DNA from: an uncultured Clostridia bacterium
GTDB lineage: Bacteria > Bacillota > Clostridia > TANB77 > CAG-508
Direction of reading: 5' to 3'
DNA length: 64,000 nt
Assembly: GCA_934130085.1 (NCBI GenBank)
Contig: CAKOXK010000001.1
Coordinates: 7,288 to 71,287, forward strand
The notes under the pieces are model-generated. The model was not told the DNA's origin, did not search any database, and saw only the letters and a list, made by a program, of their open reading frames with translations. Of the stretch, positions 9,389 to 20,107 are shown piece by piece. Every line of letters begins with the position of its first letter. Position 1 is the stretch's first letter. The translations under genes and the position numbers were made by a program.

Positions 9389-10423
9389 ATGAAAATAATA
9401 CATGTGTCAGATGTTCATTTTGACATTCCATTTAAAAGATTATCAGATAGAGAGAGCTTAGGAAAAGAAAGAAGGCTTGAGCAAAGAGAAGCGTTTAGAA
9501 GTTTAATAGATTTTTCAAAGGAAAACAATGTTGATGTTATTTTAATTGCTGGAGATTTGTTTGAACAAGAATATATAAGAGAGTCTACAATTGAATACTT
9601 AAATAATTTATTTAAAGAAATTCCAGAAAAAAAGATATTTATTACTCCAGGAAATCATGATCCAAAGTTAAAAAATTCATATTATACAATTTATGACTGG
9701 AATGAAAACGTACATATTTTTTCTGAAAAATTAGAAGTTGTTCATTTAAATGAAGCTGATATTTATGGCTATGGGTTTAATAATTTTGAGATGAATAATT
9801 TTAATGAGCAAAATATAAAAATACAAAACCCTGAAAATAATAATATATTTATTTCACATGGTGATATTTATAAGACATCGGAAAATTATAATCCAATGGA
9901 TATTAATGAACTAAAAAATAAATTTGATTATATAGCTTTAGGTCACATACATAAAAGAGATGAATACTATTCAGGTTCACTAATTTCTTTAGGATTTGAT
10001 GAACCAGGCGAACATGGTTTTTATTATATAGAACTTGAAAATAAAAATATAATAAAAAAAGAATTTATTAAAGCCGATAAAAGAGAATTAATAAAAAAAG
10101 AAATTAATATTTCAGATATAAATTCAGAAGAAGAATTAATTGAAAAAATAAATTCAATAAATACAGAAAATAATTTATATGAAATTTATTTAATAGGAAA
10201 AAGAAATTTTAAAATAGAAATTAATTTAAATTTATTACAAAAAAATATAATAAAAATTAAAAATAATACTGAGTTGGAAATAAAAAATAATTTATCAGAA
10301 AACGAAAATACTTTACATGGTATATTTGTTAAAAATTTAAAACAAAAATTAAATAATAAAGAAATAAATGAAAATCAATTTGAAAGAATATTAGAATTAG
10401 AAAATGAAATTATACAAAAATAA
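9389..10423 (+). CDS. yhaO: Metallophosphoesterase, SbcD/Mre11-like DNA repair exonuclease (YhaO-like)
   Basis: 344 aa. MKIIHVSDVHFD...IAGDLFE...GNHD...GHIH calcineurin-like motifs. K/N/E-rich C-terminal tail. Confidence 0.8.
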   Translation: MKIIHVSDVHFDIPFKRLSDRESLGKERRLEQREAFRSLIDFSKENNVDVILIAGDLFEQEYIRESTIEYLNNLFKEIPEKKIFITPGNHDPKLKNSYYTIYDWNENVHIFSEKLEVVHLNEADIYGYGFNNFEMNNFNEQNIKIQNPENNNIFISHGDIYKTSENYNPMDINELKNKFDYIALGHIHKRDEYYSGSLISLGFDEPGEHGFYYIELENKNIIKKEFIKADKRELIKKEINISDINSEEELIEKINSINTENNLYEIYLIGKRNFKIEINLNLLQKNIIKIKNNTELEIKNNLSENENTLHGIFVKNLKQKLNNKEINENQFERILELENEIIQK

Positions 10424-10782
10424 AAAGAAAAAAGATAATAATTGATGAAATGAGAGAATAATATAAAACAAAATTGACAAAATGGCAAAAAATAGACACT
10501 TAAAAATGAACTAAAAAGTAGAGCAAATCTTAGGGAATTAACAAAAATTTTTTGAGAAAAAATTTAAAAGAAAAAATACGAATTTTTTACTTAATAAATA
10601 GTAAAAAAAGCAACAAAAATACAAATTGACTGAAAGACAAAATTAAAATAGACAAAAAATAAAGAAAATTTATTAGAAAAAAATGACACACATAAAAAAA
10701 GGTGGAAACAATTACTAAAAAAGTCTTACAAAAAATATAAAATTATTTTAATAAAAAATATTAAAAAAATAAATTTAAAAAT

Positions 10783-12603
10783 TTGGAATGGGAAAAGAAA
10801 ATGAATATAGAAAATATAAAAATAAATCAATATGGAAAATTAGAAAATAAAAATATTGATTTAAAAAAAATAAATATTATTTATGGAAAAAATGAATCAG
10901 GAAAATCAACCTTATTAAATTTTATTGAAAGTATATTTTATGGAATATCAAAAAATAAAAATGGAAAAAAATATACTGACTTTGAAAAATATACTCCATG
11001 GAATCAAAATGAATTTTCAGGAGCTATACAATATAAACTAGATAATGAAAAAGAATATTATGTATTTAGGGATTTTAATAAAAAAAATCCAAAAATATAT
11101 GATGAAAATAATAATGATATTTCAGATGAATTTTTTATAGATAAAAGAAATGGAAATCAATTTTTCTTAGAACAAACAAAAATCGATAGGGACTTATTAA
11201 AATCAACATTAATAAGTGAACAAAACTCTATTGAGTTAAATAATAACACACAAGAATTACTATTACAAAAAATATCAAATTTAGCTGAAACAGGAAGTGA
11301 AGAAAATTCATATAAATCTGCTATGGCAAAATTAGATAGAATGTTATTAAACGAAGTTGGAACAGAAAAAAGTTCTTTAAGACCTATAAATATATCAGAA
11401 GAAAAAATAAAAAAACTAACACAAGAAATAACAGAAATAAAAAATTATGAAAATTATAAATATGAATTAGAAAATAAAAAAAGTAAAATAGAAAATGAAT
11501 TGTCAGAAGAAAAAGAAAATAAAAAAATATATGATAAAATAAAAAGAATAATTAATGATGACAAAATAGAAAATGAAAAAATTAAAATAAAAAATAATAT
11601 CATAGAAGAAAATAATAAAAAAATAGAAAAATTAAAACAGGAAAAACTAAATAAAGAAAAAAATAAAAAACAAAAATTTAATATTATTATTTTAGCTATA
11701 ATAATTTTAATTAATATTTTAAATTTCATATTTAATAAAAATACAAAAATGTTTTATACAAAGATAATTACAATTAGTTTAATACCACTATATATAATTT
11801 ATATTTTATATAAAAATAAAAAATATAATTCTGAAAGTATAGTACAGCAAATAAAAATACTTGAGAAAAATAATTCGGAAATTTCAGATGAGGTAGAAAA
11901 ACTAAAAACAGAATTAATAAATAAAAATAAAATTGAAAAAGAAAAAATGGTAAATGAATATGGAAAAAATATAAATGAATTATTTACATCAGAAATTAAT
12001 GAAATATCAGAAGATAATTTAAATAATATAAATAATTTGGAACTTGAACTACATAAAATTCAGTTGGACAAAAATAATATAAATCCAATTCTAGAAAAAT
12101 TATCAGATGATGAAGAGTTATTAGAAATAGAACAAAGAAATTATGAAGAACTTGAAGAAAAAAGAAATATTTATAATTTAACAAAGGAATTGATGTCACA
12201 ATCGTATGAAGAAATGAAAGAAAAAATAACGCCAAAGTTTAATAAAAATTTATCTGAAAACATAAAAAAATTCTCTAATAATAAATACAATAACATAATT
12301 ATTAAAGAAGGATTAAAAGTAAAATTAGATAATGGAGAATTAATAGATACAGAAAAACTAAGTTTAGGGACAATTGAACAAATATATTTAGCACTAAGAA
12401 TGTCTGTAATAGATGAATTGTCAGAAGAAACAATGCCAATAATGCTTGATGAGCCATTTGCTTTTTTTGACGACGAAAGACTAGAAGAAACATTAGAATA
12501 CCTAAGAAAAATAAAAAATCAAATAATTATATTAACATGTACAGACAGAGAAAAGAAAATACTTGAAGAGAATAAAATTGAATATAATTATATTGAATTA
12601 TAG
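10783..12603 (+). CDS. yhaN: SbcC-like AAA/ABC-type ATPase (YhaN-like), with a central pair of TM helices
   Basis: 606 aa. N-terminal Walker A YGKNESGKST. C-terminal signature LSLGTIEQ and Walker B IMLDEPFAFFD. Long coiled-coil middle containing two hydrophobic helices (NIIILAIIILINIL / IITISLIPLYIIYIL). Confidence 0.75.
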   Translation: MEWEKKMNIENIKINQYGKLENKNIDLKKINIIYGKNESGKSTLLNFIESIFYGISKNKNGKKYTDFEKYTPWNQNEFSGAIQYKLDNEKEYYVFRDFNKKNPKIYDENNNDISDEFFIDKRNGNQFFLEQTKIDRDLLKSTLISEQNSIELNNNTQELLLQKISNLAETGSEENSYKSAMAKLDRMLLNEVGTEKSSLRPINISEEKIKKLTQEITEIKNYENYKYELENKKSKIENELSEEKENKKIYDKIKRIINDDKIENEKIKIKNNIIEENNKKIEKLKQEKLNKEKNKKQKFNIIILAIIILINILNFIFNKNTKMFYTKIITISLIPLYIIYILYKNKKYNSESIVQQIKILEKNNSEISDEVEKLKTELINKNKIEKEKMVNEYGKNINELFTSEINEISEDNLNNINNLELELHKIQLDKNNINPILEKLSDDEELLEIEQRNYEELEEKRNIYNLTKELMSQSYEEMKEKITPKFNKNLSENIKKFSNNKYNNIIIKEGLKVKLDNGELIDTEKLSLGTIEQIYLALRMSVIDELSEETMPIMLDEPFAFFDDERLEETLEYLRKIKNQIIILTCTDREKKILEENKIEYNYIEL

Positions 12604-12709
12604 AACTAGTGTTGAAATGATCTCATGAACGTAGTATAATAAACAAGTACAAAAAGAGAAGGGAGATTATGAATAAAGCCTAACATAACGGCTTTCATAA
12701 AACGAAAAT

Positions 12710-13771
12710 ATGTTTGAAAATTTACAAGAACTTGAAAATAAATATCAAGAACTTACTAAAAGTATTAGTGACCCAGAGGTAATTGCAGACCAAGAATCAT
12801 GGCGTAAAATGATGAAAGAGCAATCTGACCTTGAGCCAATTGTAGAAAAATATAGAGAATACAAAAAAACAGAATCAGAGCTTGAAGAAGCTAAAGAGCT
12901 TATGAAAGATCCTGAAATGAAGGAGCTTGCAGAAGAGGAAATGCTTGAGGCTAAAGATAAACTTCCAAAATTAGAAGAAGAGCTTAAGATTTTATTAATT
13001 CCAAAAGATCCTGATGATGACAAAAATGTTATTTGCGAAATCAGAGCAGGAGCTGGAGGAGAAGAGGCAGCATTATTTGCAGGAACTTTATTTAGAATGT
13101 ATTCAATGTACTGTGATAGAAAACATTGGACTATCGAGATTTTGAACGAGAATGAAACAGAACTCGGAGGATTTAAAGAAATCTCTTTCATGATTAAAGG
13201 AAAGGGAGCTTATAGTAGATTAAAATTTGAAAGTGGAGTTCACAGAGTTCAAAGAGTACCTGAGACAGAAGCCAGCGGTAGAATTCACACATCAACAGCG
13301 TCAGTTTCAGTACTACCTGAGGTTGGAGATGTTGAAATTCACATCAATCCAGCAGATATCAAAATGGAAGTGTTTAGGTCATCTGGTGCAGGTGGACAGC
13401 ATATTAACAAAACATCATCAGCCGTACGTCTTATTCATATTCCAACAGGCACAATTGCAGAATGTCAAACCGAAAGATCTCAATTTCAAAATAGAGATTA
13501 TGCAATGAAACTATTACAATCAAGATTATATGAAAAAGAAAAGAGAGAAAGAGATAGCAAGATTGAAAATGCAAGACGTTCTCAAATAGGCAATGCTGAT
13601 AGATCGGAAAAAATAAGAACTTACAACTATCCTCAAGGAAGAATCACAGATCACAGAATAGGTATGAGCATTTATCAAATGGAGAATTTCTTAAATGGGG
13701 ATCTAGATGGTATGATTGATAACCTAATTGCAGCTGATACCGCAGAAAAACTTAAAGGAAATGAGGACTAA
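12710..13771 (+). CDS. prfA: Peptide chain release factor 1
   Basis: 353 aa. GGQ motif ([11 protein letters not shown]). [17 protein letters not shown] has the PxT tripeptide of RF1, not the SPF of RF2. Single uninterrupted ORF. Confidence 0.9.
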   Translation: MFENLQELENKYQELTKSISDPEVIADQESWRKMMKEQSDLEPIVEKYREYKKTESELEEAKELMKDPEMKELAEEEMLEAKDKLPKLEEELKILLIPKDPDDDKNVICEIRAGAGGEEAALFAGTLFRMYSMYCDRKHWTIEILNENETELGGFKEISFMIKGKGAYSRLKFESGVHRVQRVPETEASGRIHTSTASVSVLPEVGDVEIHINPADIKMEVFRSSGAGGQHINKTSSAVRLIHIPTGTIAECQTERSQFQNRDYAMKLLQSRLYEKEKRERDSKIENARRSQIGNADRSEKIRTYNYPQGRITDHRIGMSIYQMENFLNGDLDGMIDNLIAADTAEKLKGNED

Positions 13772-13883
13772 CTAAAGTAAAAATAAACTGAATAAAGTCA
13801 AAGAAAAAAGTGTTAGATGTTTACCTGAAAATAAAGTTTGACTGAATAAAAATGGTAAATGCAGATTAATAAAAGGAGTACAA

Positions 13884-16208
13884 ATGCAGAATTTATTAGA
13901 TGAATTAAACCCAATGCAAAGAAAAGCAGTAGAAAAAACCGAAGGACCATGTCTTGTAATAGCAGGGGCAGGCTCAGGAAAAACAAAGGTCTTAACATAC
14001 AAAGTCGCATATTTAATACAACAAAAAGATGTTAAACCATGGAATATACTTGCAATTACCTTTACAAACAAGGCAGCAAATGAAATGAAAGAAAGAGTAA
14101 CTGCGCTTGTTGGAGACCAAATAAATGATATATGGCTAGGAACATTCCACTCAATTTGTGTTAGAATTCTAAGAAGATTTATTGATAGGCTTGGATTTGA
14201 TACATCATTTGTAATTTTCGATACAACAGACCAAAAAACACTAGTAAAGAATTGCCTAAAAGATCTAAACATTGATAACAAAATGTTTACGGAAAAGTCA
14301 GTTTTAAATGAAATAAGCAATGCAAAAAATGAAATGATTGAGCCAGACGAGTATGAAGAAAAGTTTGGAAGTGATTACAGAAAAAAGGTAATAGGCAATA
14401 TTTATCATCTATATCAACAAAGACTAAAAGAGAATAATGCGATTGACTTTGATGATATAATAAATTTTACAATTAAAATACTACAAAACAATGCAGATGT
14501 AATCGAATATTTTTCAGAAAAATTTAAATATATTTTAGTTGATGAGTACCAAGATACAAACAAATCACAATTCACACTAGTATCATTATTAGCATCGCGT
14601 TATGGTAACGTTACGGCCGTAGGAGATAATGACCAATCAATATATAGCTTCCGTGGGGCAGACATAACAAATATACTAAACTTTGAAAGAGATTTTCCAG
14701 GAACAGAAATAATAAAACTAGAGCAAAACTACAGATGTACAGGAAATATCTTAAAAGCAGCAAATGCAGTAATAAAGCATAATGATGCAAAATATGAGAA
14801 AAAACTTTGGACTGAAAATGAAGAAGGAAAATTACCATCAATCTACTGCGGAGAAGATGAATACCAAGAGGCCTCATATATAGTTACACAAATAAATCAT
14901 CTAAAAAGGGAAGAATATTTTAAAAATTCAGACTTTGCAATACTTTATAGAATGAACTCGCAATCAAGAGCAATAGAAGATATTTTAAGAAGAGAAGATA
15001 TACCATATAAAATTATTGGAGGCTTAAAATTCTATGAGCGTAAAGAAATAAAGGATACAATAAGTTATCTAAGACTAGTTGCAAACCAATCAGATAACCT
15101 ATCATTTCAAAGAATAATAAACGAGCCAAAACGTGGAGTAGGCAAAACAAGCCTTGAAAAAATAGACCAAATATCAAAAGAAAATAATATATCGTATTAC
15201 GAAGTCATAAAGGAAGCAGATAAATACATACCAAAAATATACGAAGCAACAAGACAATTTGTAAACACAATCGAAGAACTAAAAAGCCTAGAGCTTTCGG
15301 TCTCAGAAATAATTACAAAGGTTTTAAAAATGTCTGGCTACACAGATGCCTTGAAAAATGAAAACACTATAGAAGCAGAATCTAGAATTCAAAACATAGA
15401 AGAATTAATTACTGTTGCTAACGAATTTGAAAAAGAGGCAGCTGATAAATCATTAGTTGAATTTTTAAACAGCATATCACTTTCAAGTGATACAGATAAT
15501 ATAGAAGAAACAGACGATATGGTTACTTTAATGACGCTTCACTCAGCCAAAGGCCTAGAATATCCTGTAATATTTTTAGTTGGAATGGAAGAAGGAATCT
15601 TTCCAGGATATCAATCAATGATGGATGAAACAGAATTAGAAGAAGAAAGAAGACTATTTTACGTAGGAATAACAAGAGCAAAACAATATCTATACTTAAC
15701 ATTTGCCAAAAAAAGAACAATTTTTGGGTCAACAAGTTACAACCCACCATCAAGATTTATAAAAGAAATTCCAAAAGATTTACTTGATGGCTATGATGAT
15801 GCAATGATGCAAAAGAAAAAGCAAGATGATTTTGAAGATAGCGAATATGATTGGAAATATCAAAACGCAAGAAACAATATATATGGTTCTCACAAATCAT
15901 TTGTTTCATCTTACGGAGGTTCAAAAGTTACAACAAGAAAAGCAGGAGAAGATGATATACAAGAGAAATCATCTCCATTCAAACGTAGTGCAGAAAGCTT
16001 TTTACAAAATTTACAGGCAAAAAAGACGCCATCGGTAGACGTGACCAAATATAAAGAAGGACAAAGAATATATCACAAGAAATTCGGAGAAGGCACAATT
16101 ACAAAACTTGAAAAAGAAGGAGACGACTACAAGGTAGATATAGAATTCGCAAAATTCGGACACAAGCGACTAATGGCGCAATTTGCAGGACTTGAGATAT
16201 TAGGATAG
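13884..16208 (+). CDS. pcrA: ATP-dependent DNA helicase PcrA (UvrD family)
   Basis: 774 aa. N-terminus LNPMQRKAV...IAGAGSGKTKVLT, DEYQDTN and the other UvrD motifs. Size is typical of PcrA. Confidence 0.9.
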   Translation: MQNLLDELNPMQRKAVEKTEGPCLVIAGAGSGKTKVLTYKVAYLIQQKDVKPWNILAITFTNKAANEMKERVTALVGDQINDIWLGTFHSICVRILRRFIDRLGFDTSFVIFDTTDQKTLVKNCLKDLNIDNKMFTEKSVLNEISNAKNEMIEPDEYEEKFGSDYRKKVIGNIYHLYQQRLKENNAIDFDDIINFTIKILQNNADVIEYFSEKFKYILVDEYQDTNKSQFTLVSLLASRYGNVTAVGDNDQSIYSFRGADITNILNFERDFPGTEIIKLEQNYRCTGNILKAANAVIKHNDAKYEKKLWTENEEGKLPSIYCGEDEYQEASYIVTQINHLKREEYFKNSDFAILYRMNSQSRAIEDILRREDIPYKIIGGLKFYERKEIKDTISYLRLVANQSDNLSFQRIINEPKRGVGKTSLEKIDQISKENNISYYEVIKEADKYIPKIYEATRQFVNTIEELKSLELSVSEIITKVLKMSGYTDALKNENTIEAESRIQNIEELITVANEFEKEAADKSLVEFLNSISLSSDTDNIEETDDMVTLMTLHSAKGLEYPVIFLVGMEEGIFPGYQSMMDETELEEERRLFYVGITRAKQYLYLTFAKKRTIFGSTSYNPPSRFIKEIPKDLLDGYDDAMMQKKKQDDFEDSEYDWKYQNARNNIYGSHKSFVSSYGGSKVTTRKAGEDDIQEKSSPFKRSAESFLQNLQAKKTPSVDVTKYKEGQRIYHKKFGEGTITKLEKEGDDYKVDIEFAKFGHKRLMAQFAGLEILG

Positions 16209-16233
16209 ATACATTGGTAAAAAAGACATAATT

Positions 16234-16361
16234 TATATTGTTTTTTCATTTTTTGCTCGTTGCAATCTTCGTTAGTCAGACTTAACTTTCGGAAGATTGC
16301 ACCATTCGCGCTCGCTTCGCTCACTTGATCGCTGCGCAAAATTAAAAAACAATATAATATT
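16234..16361. repeat. GC-rich structured intergenic repeat element, copy A (~128 bp; TIRs tatattgtttt / aaaacaatata; internal hairpin tgcaatcttcg..cggaagattgca)
   Basis: Near-identical core (acttaactttcggaagattgcaccattcgcgctcgcttcgctcacttgatcgctRcgc) recurs at 37537-37660. Partial copies at 37458-37520 and 57315-57369. Confidence 0.7.
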
Positions 16362-16391
16362 AAATCCGATTTACTTTATAAAACAAAACAT

Positions 16392-16420
16392 AAAAAAGGA
16401 GGCGTATGCCTCCTTTTTTG
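16392..16420. terminator. Bidirectional rho-independent terminator between convergent pcrA and ylaK
   Basis: aaaaaaggaggc-gtat-gcctcctttttt: perfect GC-rich stem flanked by A-run and T-run. Confidence 0.7.
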
Positions 16421-16479
16421 CAAGTAATAAATACTTGCAATCATCTTCCTTAAGAAGTAATTAATGATAACAGCTTTCA

Positions 16480-17997
16480 TTAACTTAACAAATCAATTGC
16501 CCTTTGACAAAGTTCAGATCTTACACTACTATTAGGATCCATCTGAATCTCAAATGCAAGGTCATCATCCTTCCAGGTTTCCATCATGTAAATTATTCCA
16601 TTCACACGACGTGACAAAGAAGAAACTTTTACCTGATCAGGGTCACCAAGTATTGCAATTTTGGTGTTTCTTCCAACTCTAGTGATCAAATCGAGAAAGT
16701 AGCTAGGCTGTATATTTTGGGCCTCATCGATGAGAATAAATGTATTTTTTAAGCTATGGCCAGCAATGTATGCCAAAGGCTGAACATCAATAAGACCATT
16801 TTCAAAATAAGAGCTTGTACTTCTTTCAGCTTCCTCACGAGCCCTAGAAGGACTGTATCCATTAAGTTCTTTACGGTCATCAGAGATATGATTGACGATA
16901 TTGTCGATAATACCTCCAAGCATAGGACTAAGCTTTTCCAAAATATCTCCAGGAAGAAAACCATACTTTTCAGCTTCATCGCTGGATACATGCCCACCAA
17001 CCGCAGGAGTTGCAATAAGAATTCTCTCATAAACTGAATCAAGTTGCGAAAGCGCGGACTGAATTGCAACAAATGTCTTTCCAGTTCCAGCAACGCCATC
17101 AATAATTACAAGAGGAGCCTCGCTAGGTGGCAGAAGTAATGCATCCATTGCACAGTGCTGCTCAAAATTAGCGGGAGTAAATTCCTTGATTTTATTTACT
17201 TTAAGACTGTAAAGTGCTTTCTTACTATACCTAGCAGGGTAGTAATTATTGAGAAGCACATACTGGTTTTCATGAAGACTATTGAGAGTCTTGAAAATTG
17301 GCTTATCTTCTTCAAAAATAATAGAATTTATCTGAAATGTTCCATTATTCTCGAGACTTTCAATAATATAGTTCGGAACATTAAGACAAGCTTTTCCAGT
17401 ATACCTGTCATTGGGAGTAGGGAAAATCATATCAGGAACATACTGACTATTAATCCCAAGATCGCTTGCCCGTAAAAGAAGAGGAATATTCTGAGAGACC
17501 AGAATTACATCCTTAGATGCCTCTTTGAATGCAGAGTAGTGTTTTATTCTTGAAAAATCACCAGAATCTAAGGAATAAAAATCCCTGGCACTTTGAGAAG
17601 CGATATCCTCTCTTGCCATGTCTGAAGCATTAATGCGATCGTAAATCAAATCTAAGCAGATAGCCAAAGTTTCAGGAACTGAAGAATCATCAGTAGATGA
17701 CACCTTAAGGCTATCATGAATAACTGGTGGAATTGACTTAGCAGTCATAACTCTAAGAGTTACTCCATTTTCAAGTGTAGCACCGTCTTCCATGAGTTTA
17801 GAAAGATTTAAAGTACTGATAAAATCGCAAAAATCTTGAGCATAAGTCTTCTTTACTTTACTAAAATAGTAAAGCTTGTTAATAACCGCCATTGGAATTA
17901 CGATAGTATCGCCGTTCTCACCAAAATGAAGCCATGCTTTCTTCTGGCTAAGAAGTGCTCCACCACGTAAAACATAAATCTTTTGCCGTCTTTTCAT
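16480..17997 (-). CDS. ylaK: PhoH-like ATPase with N-terminal PIN domain (YlaK family)
   Basis: 505 aa. PhoH Walker A IIDGVAGTGKT, Walker B ILIDEAQN, a GDPDQ-type motif, and an N-terminal PIN-like region. Confidence 0.85.
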   Translation of the reverse strand: MKRRQKIYVLRGGALLSQKKAWLHFGENGDTIVIPMAVINKLYYFSKVKKTYAQDFCDFISTLNLSKLMEDGATLENGVTLRVMTAKSIPPVIHDSLKVSSTDDSSVPETLAICLDLIYDRINASDMAREDIASQSARDFYSLDSGDFSRIKHYSAFKEASKDVILVSQNIPLLLRASDLGINSQYVPDMIFPTPNDRYTGKACLNVPNYIIESLENNGTFQINSIIFEEDKPIFKTLNSLHENQYVLLNNYYPARYSKKALYSLKVNKIKEFTPANFEQHCAMDALLLPPSEAPLVIIDGVAGTGKTFVAIQSALSQLDSVYERILIATPAVGGHVSSDEAEKYGFLPGDILEKLSPMLGGIIDNIVNHISDDRKELNGYSPSRAREEAERSTSSYFENGLIDVQPLAYIAGHSLKNTFILIDEAQNIQPSYFLDLITRVGRNTKIAILGDPDQVKVSSLSRRVNGIIYMMETWKDDDLAFEIQMDPNSSVRSELCQRAIDLLS

Positions 17998-18242
17998 TAT
18001 GAACCTCCTTAGAAGAATGAGCTCTTAAAAAGTAAAATAAGAGCTCCCATATAAAGTGACATAATGAGTATACCACCATGATTGACTAAAATCAACATAA
18101 TCTTACGAAAAACGACAAAAAACGACAATAATTTACAAAATATTTTTTGGCAAAAACTATTTAATTTTATAATAATATATGATAGTATATATTAACAAAA
18201 AAGAAAGAGAGGAGTCAATCAATAGATTGATGGTAAAGTCTT

Positions 18243-18965
18243 ATGAAGTTTGAAAAAATCGATGATAATAGATTAAAAATAACGCTAAAATGTCAAGAAC
18301 TTTTAGGAGATAATAATCTTGATACTTTTATGGATGATCCAGATGCAGCTAAAAGAACAATGATTAAGATTCTCGATGATGCTCATGATGAAGTTGGTTT
18401 TGACTCAAAAAATTACAAATTGCAAATTGAAGCAAAACAATTATCAGATGATACCATTATATTTATAGTAAACAAGGTGCTTAAATTAGAAAAGCTAGAA
18501 GAACCAGAAAACAAAAAGTGTGAAGAAAAAGCTAAATCATCAAAGCCAAAGTCAAAGAAATCAGCTAGACCAAAACCAATATTAAGAGATAGTGATGGTT
18601 TTAAAGTAGATGGTGGAAATATAAAAATTAAACCTCTAAAAATACCCAAATTAAGAGCGCATGTTGTAATATACAAATTCTCATCATTAGAAGATTACAT
18701 ACAATTCTGTAACCAACTAAAATTGCAACAATTGAAAACATTTAAAACACTTTGCAAATATTCAGAATTATATGAAGTTAAAGGTCAATACTACCTAGCA
18801 GTAATAGATATAAATGAAGAACATAAAAAAATAGGAATATTTTATACAAATATAACTGAGTTTTCAGAGATGTTCTCAACAAATATAATGAAATATTATG
18901 AACTAAGAGAAAAACATGAGCCACTTCTTAAAATGGATGCATTACGCATTGGCCAAATGCTATAA
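18243..18965 (+). CDS. mecA: Adaptor protein MecA-like (ClpC adaptor)
   Basis: 240 aa. N-terminus MKFEKIDDNRLKITL resembles MecA (MEIERINEHTVKF...). Charged linker and C-terminal domain. Weak motif-level call. Confidence 0.6.
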   Translation: MKFEKIDDNRLKITLKCQELLGDNNLDTFMDDPDAAKRTMIKILDDAHDEVGFDSKNYKLQIEAKQLSDDTIIFIVNKVLKLEKLEEPENKKCEEKAKSSKPKSKKSARPKPILRDSDGFKVDGGNIKIKPLKIPKLRAHVVIYKFSSLEDYIQFCNQLKLQQLKTFKTLCKYSELYEVKGQYYLAVIDINEEHKKIGIFYTNITEFSEMFSTNIMKYYELREKHEPLLKMDALRIGQML

Positions 18966-19093
18966 ATAACTACAATAATGCAAAATCAATAAATGCAGTA
19001 TATAATATCTAATTATACACTTGAAAATTTTGTAAAAAAAACATATAATACCGAAGAAAAGAAGAAGTAAAAAGAAAAACATAGGAGGAAATA

Positions 19094-19351
19094 ATGGCAG
19101 TGAGAGAAAAAAGCACATTAGTACTAATTATATTCATATTATGCGGATTAGTAATAGGAGGGTTATTAGGAGAACTTGCACAAGGAGTTACATGGCTAAA
19201 CTGGTTATCTTATGGTCAATCGTTCGGTCTATCAAACCCAGTAACACTTGATTTGGGAGTAGTTCAACTAACAGTGGGACTAATGTTCAAGATAAACATC
19301 TCAGGTATAATAGGAATAATAATATCAGTCTTCCTATATAGAAAATTCTAA
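19094..19351 (+). CDS. Small membrane protein, DUF4321-like
   Basis: 85 aa with two hydrophobic segments. Sits upstream of radC as in many Firmicutes. Confidence 0.5.
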   Translation: MAVREKSTLVLIIFILCGLVIGGLLGELAQGVTWLNWLSYGQSFGLSNPVTLDLGVVQLTVGLMFKINISGIIGIIISVFLYRKF

Positions 19352-19375
19352 TGAAAACAGTGGGCAGAAAGGAAA

Positions 19376-20080
19376 ATGATGCCACTTACAATAAAAGAAA
19401 TGCCAAAACTCGAAAGACCTTATGAAAAGCTAACAATGTACGGAGCTGAAAATTTATCTGATTCAGAATTATTGGCAATAATAATTAAAAGCGGAACAAA
19501 AAATGAAAATTCATTGCAAATAGCAAATAGAGTAATGTTGCTTGCAAAAAGCCTAAAAGAGCTTGAAAATCTGTCGCAAACAGACTTAGAAAGAATAAAA
19601 GGAATAGGCAAAGTCAAAGCTATTCAAATAAAGGCTCTATGTGAACTTACAAAAAGAATGGCAAATGAGAACAATATTGACAAAATAAAAATGAGTCAAA
19701 CAGGTGATGTTGCACGTTTTTTTATGGAAAAACTTCGATATGAAAAAAATGAAAAAATATTTACAATATCACTCAACAATTCAAATGAAGTAATGAAAAT
19801 CACAGAAGTTACCAGAGGGGAAAAAAGTGCTACAGCAAGTATGTCAAAGTTACTAGCGGAAAACATAAAATTGCAATCACCTAAAATCATTGTAGTTCAT
19901 AATCATCCATCAGGCAATTGTATGCCATCAAAAGCAGACTACGTATTCACAAGAAATGTAGAAAACGCATGCAAATTATTTTCAATTATATTACTAGATC
20001 ACGTGATAATTGGTAATAATACATACAAAAGTATAGTAGATGATGAAACATACAAAAGAGAATATAAACAAATCATGTAA
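19376..20080 (+). CDS. radC: DNA repair protein RadC (JAB/MPN domain, UPF0758)
   Basis: 234 aa. HNHPSG motif with N-terminal helix-hairpin-helix region. Precedes mreB as in Bacillus. Confidence 0.85.
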   Translation: MMPLTIKEMPKLERPYEKLTMYGAENLSDSELLAIIIKSGTKNENSLQIANRVMLLAKSLKELENLSQTDLERIKGIGKVKAIQIKALCELTKRMANENNIDKIKMSQTGDVARFFMEKLRYEKNEKIFTISLNNSNEVMKITEVTRGEKSATASMSKLLAENIKLQSPKIIVVHNHPSGNCMPSKADYVFTRNVENACKLFSIILLDHVIIGNNTYKSIVDDETYKREYKQIM

Positions 20081-20107
20081 TAAGGCTTATTAAGAAAGGA
20101 AAGCATA

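Noticed and set aside
12745-13191. Numerous antisense or overlapping ORFs in the six-frame track (e.g. 12745..13191-, 25581..25853+, 28702..29094-, 55886..56380-, 39697..40458-)
   Set aside because: They lie opposite or inside well-supported genes, are rich in L/F/I/S from AT-rich antisense codons, and lack RBSs. These are spurious low-complexity ORFs.
12710-13771. Release factor 2 with programmed +1 frameshift
   Set aside because: The motif is PET (PxT, RF1-type), not SPF. The ORF is uninterrupted, with no in-frame early UGA plus SD-like slippery site. It is prfA.
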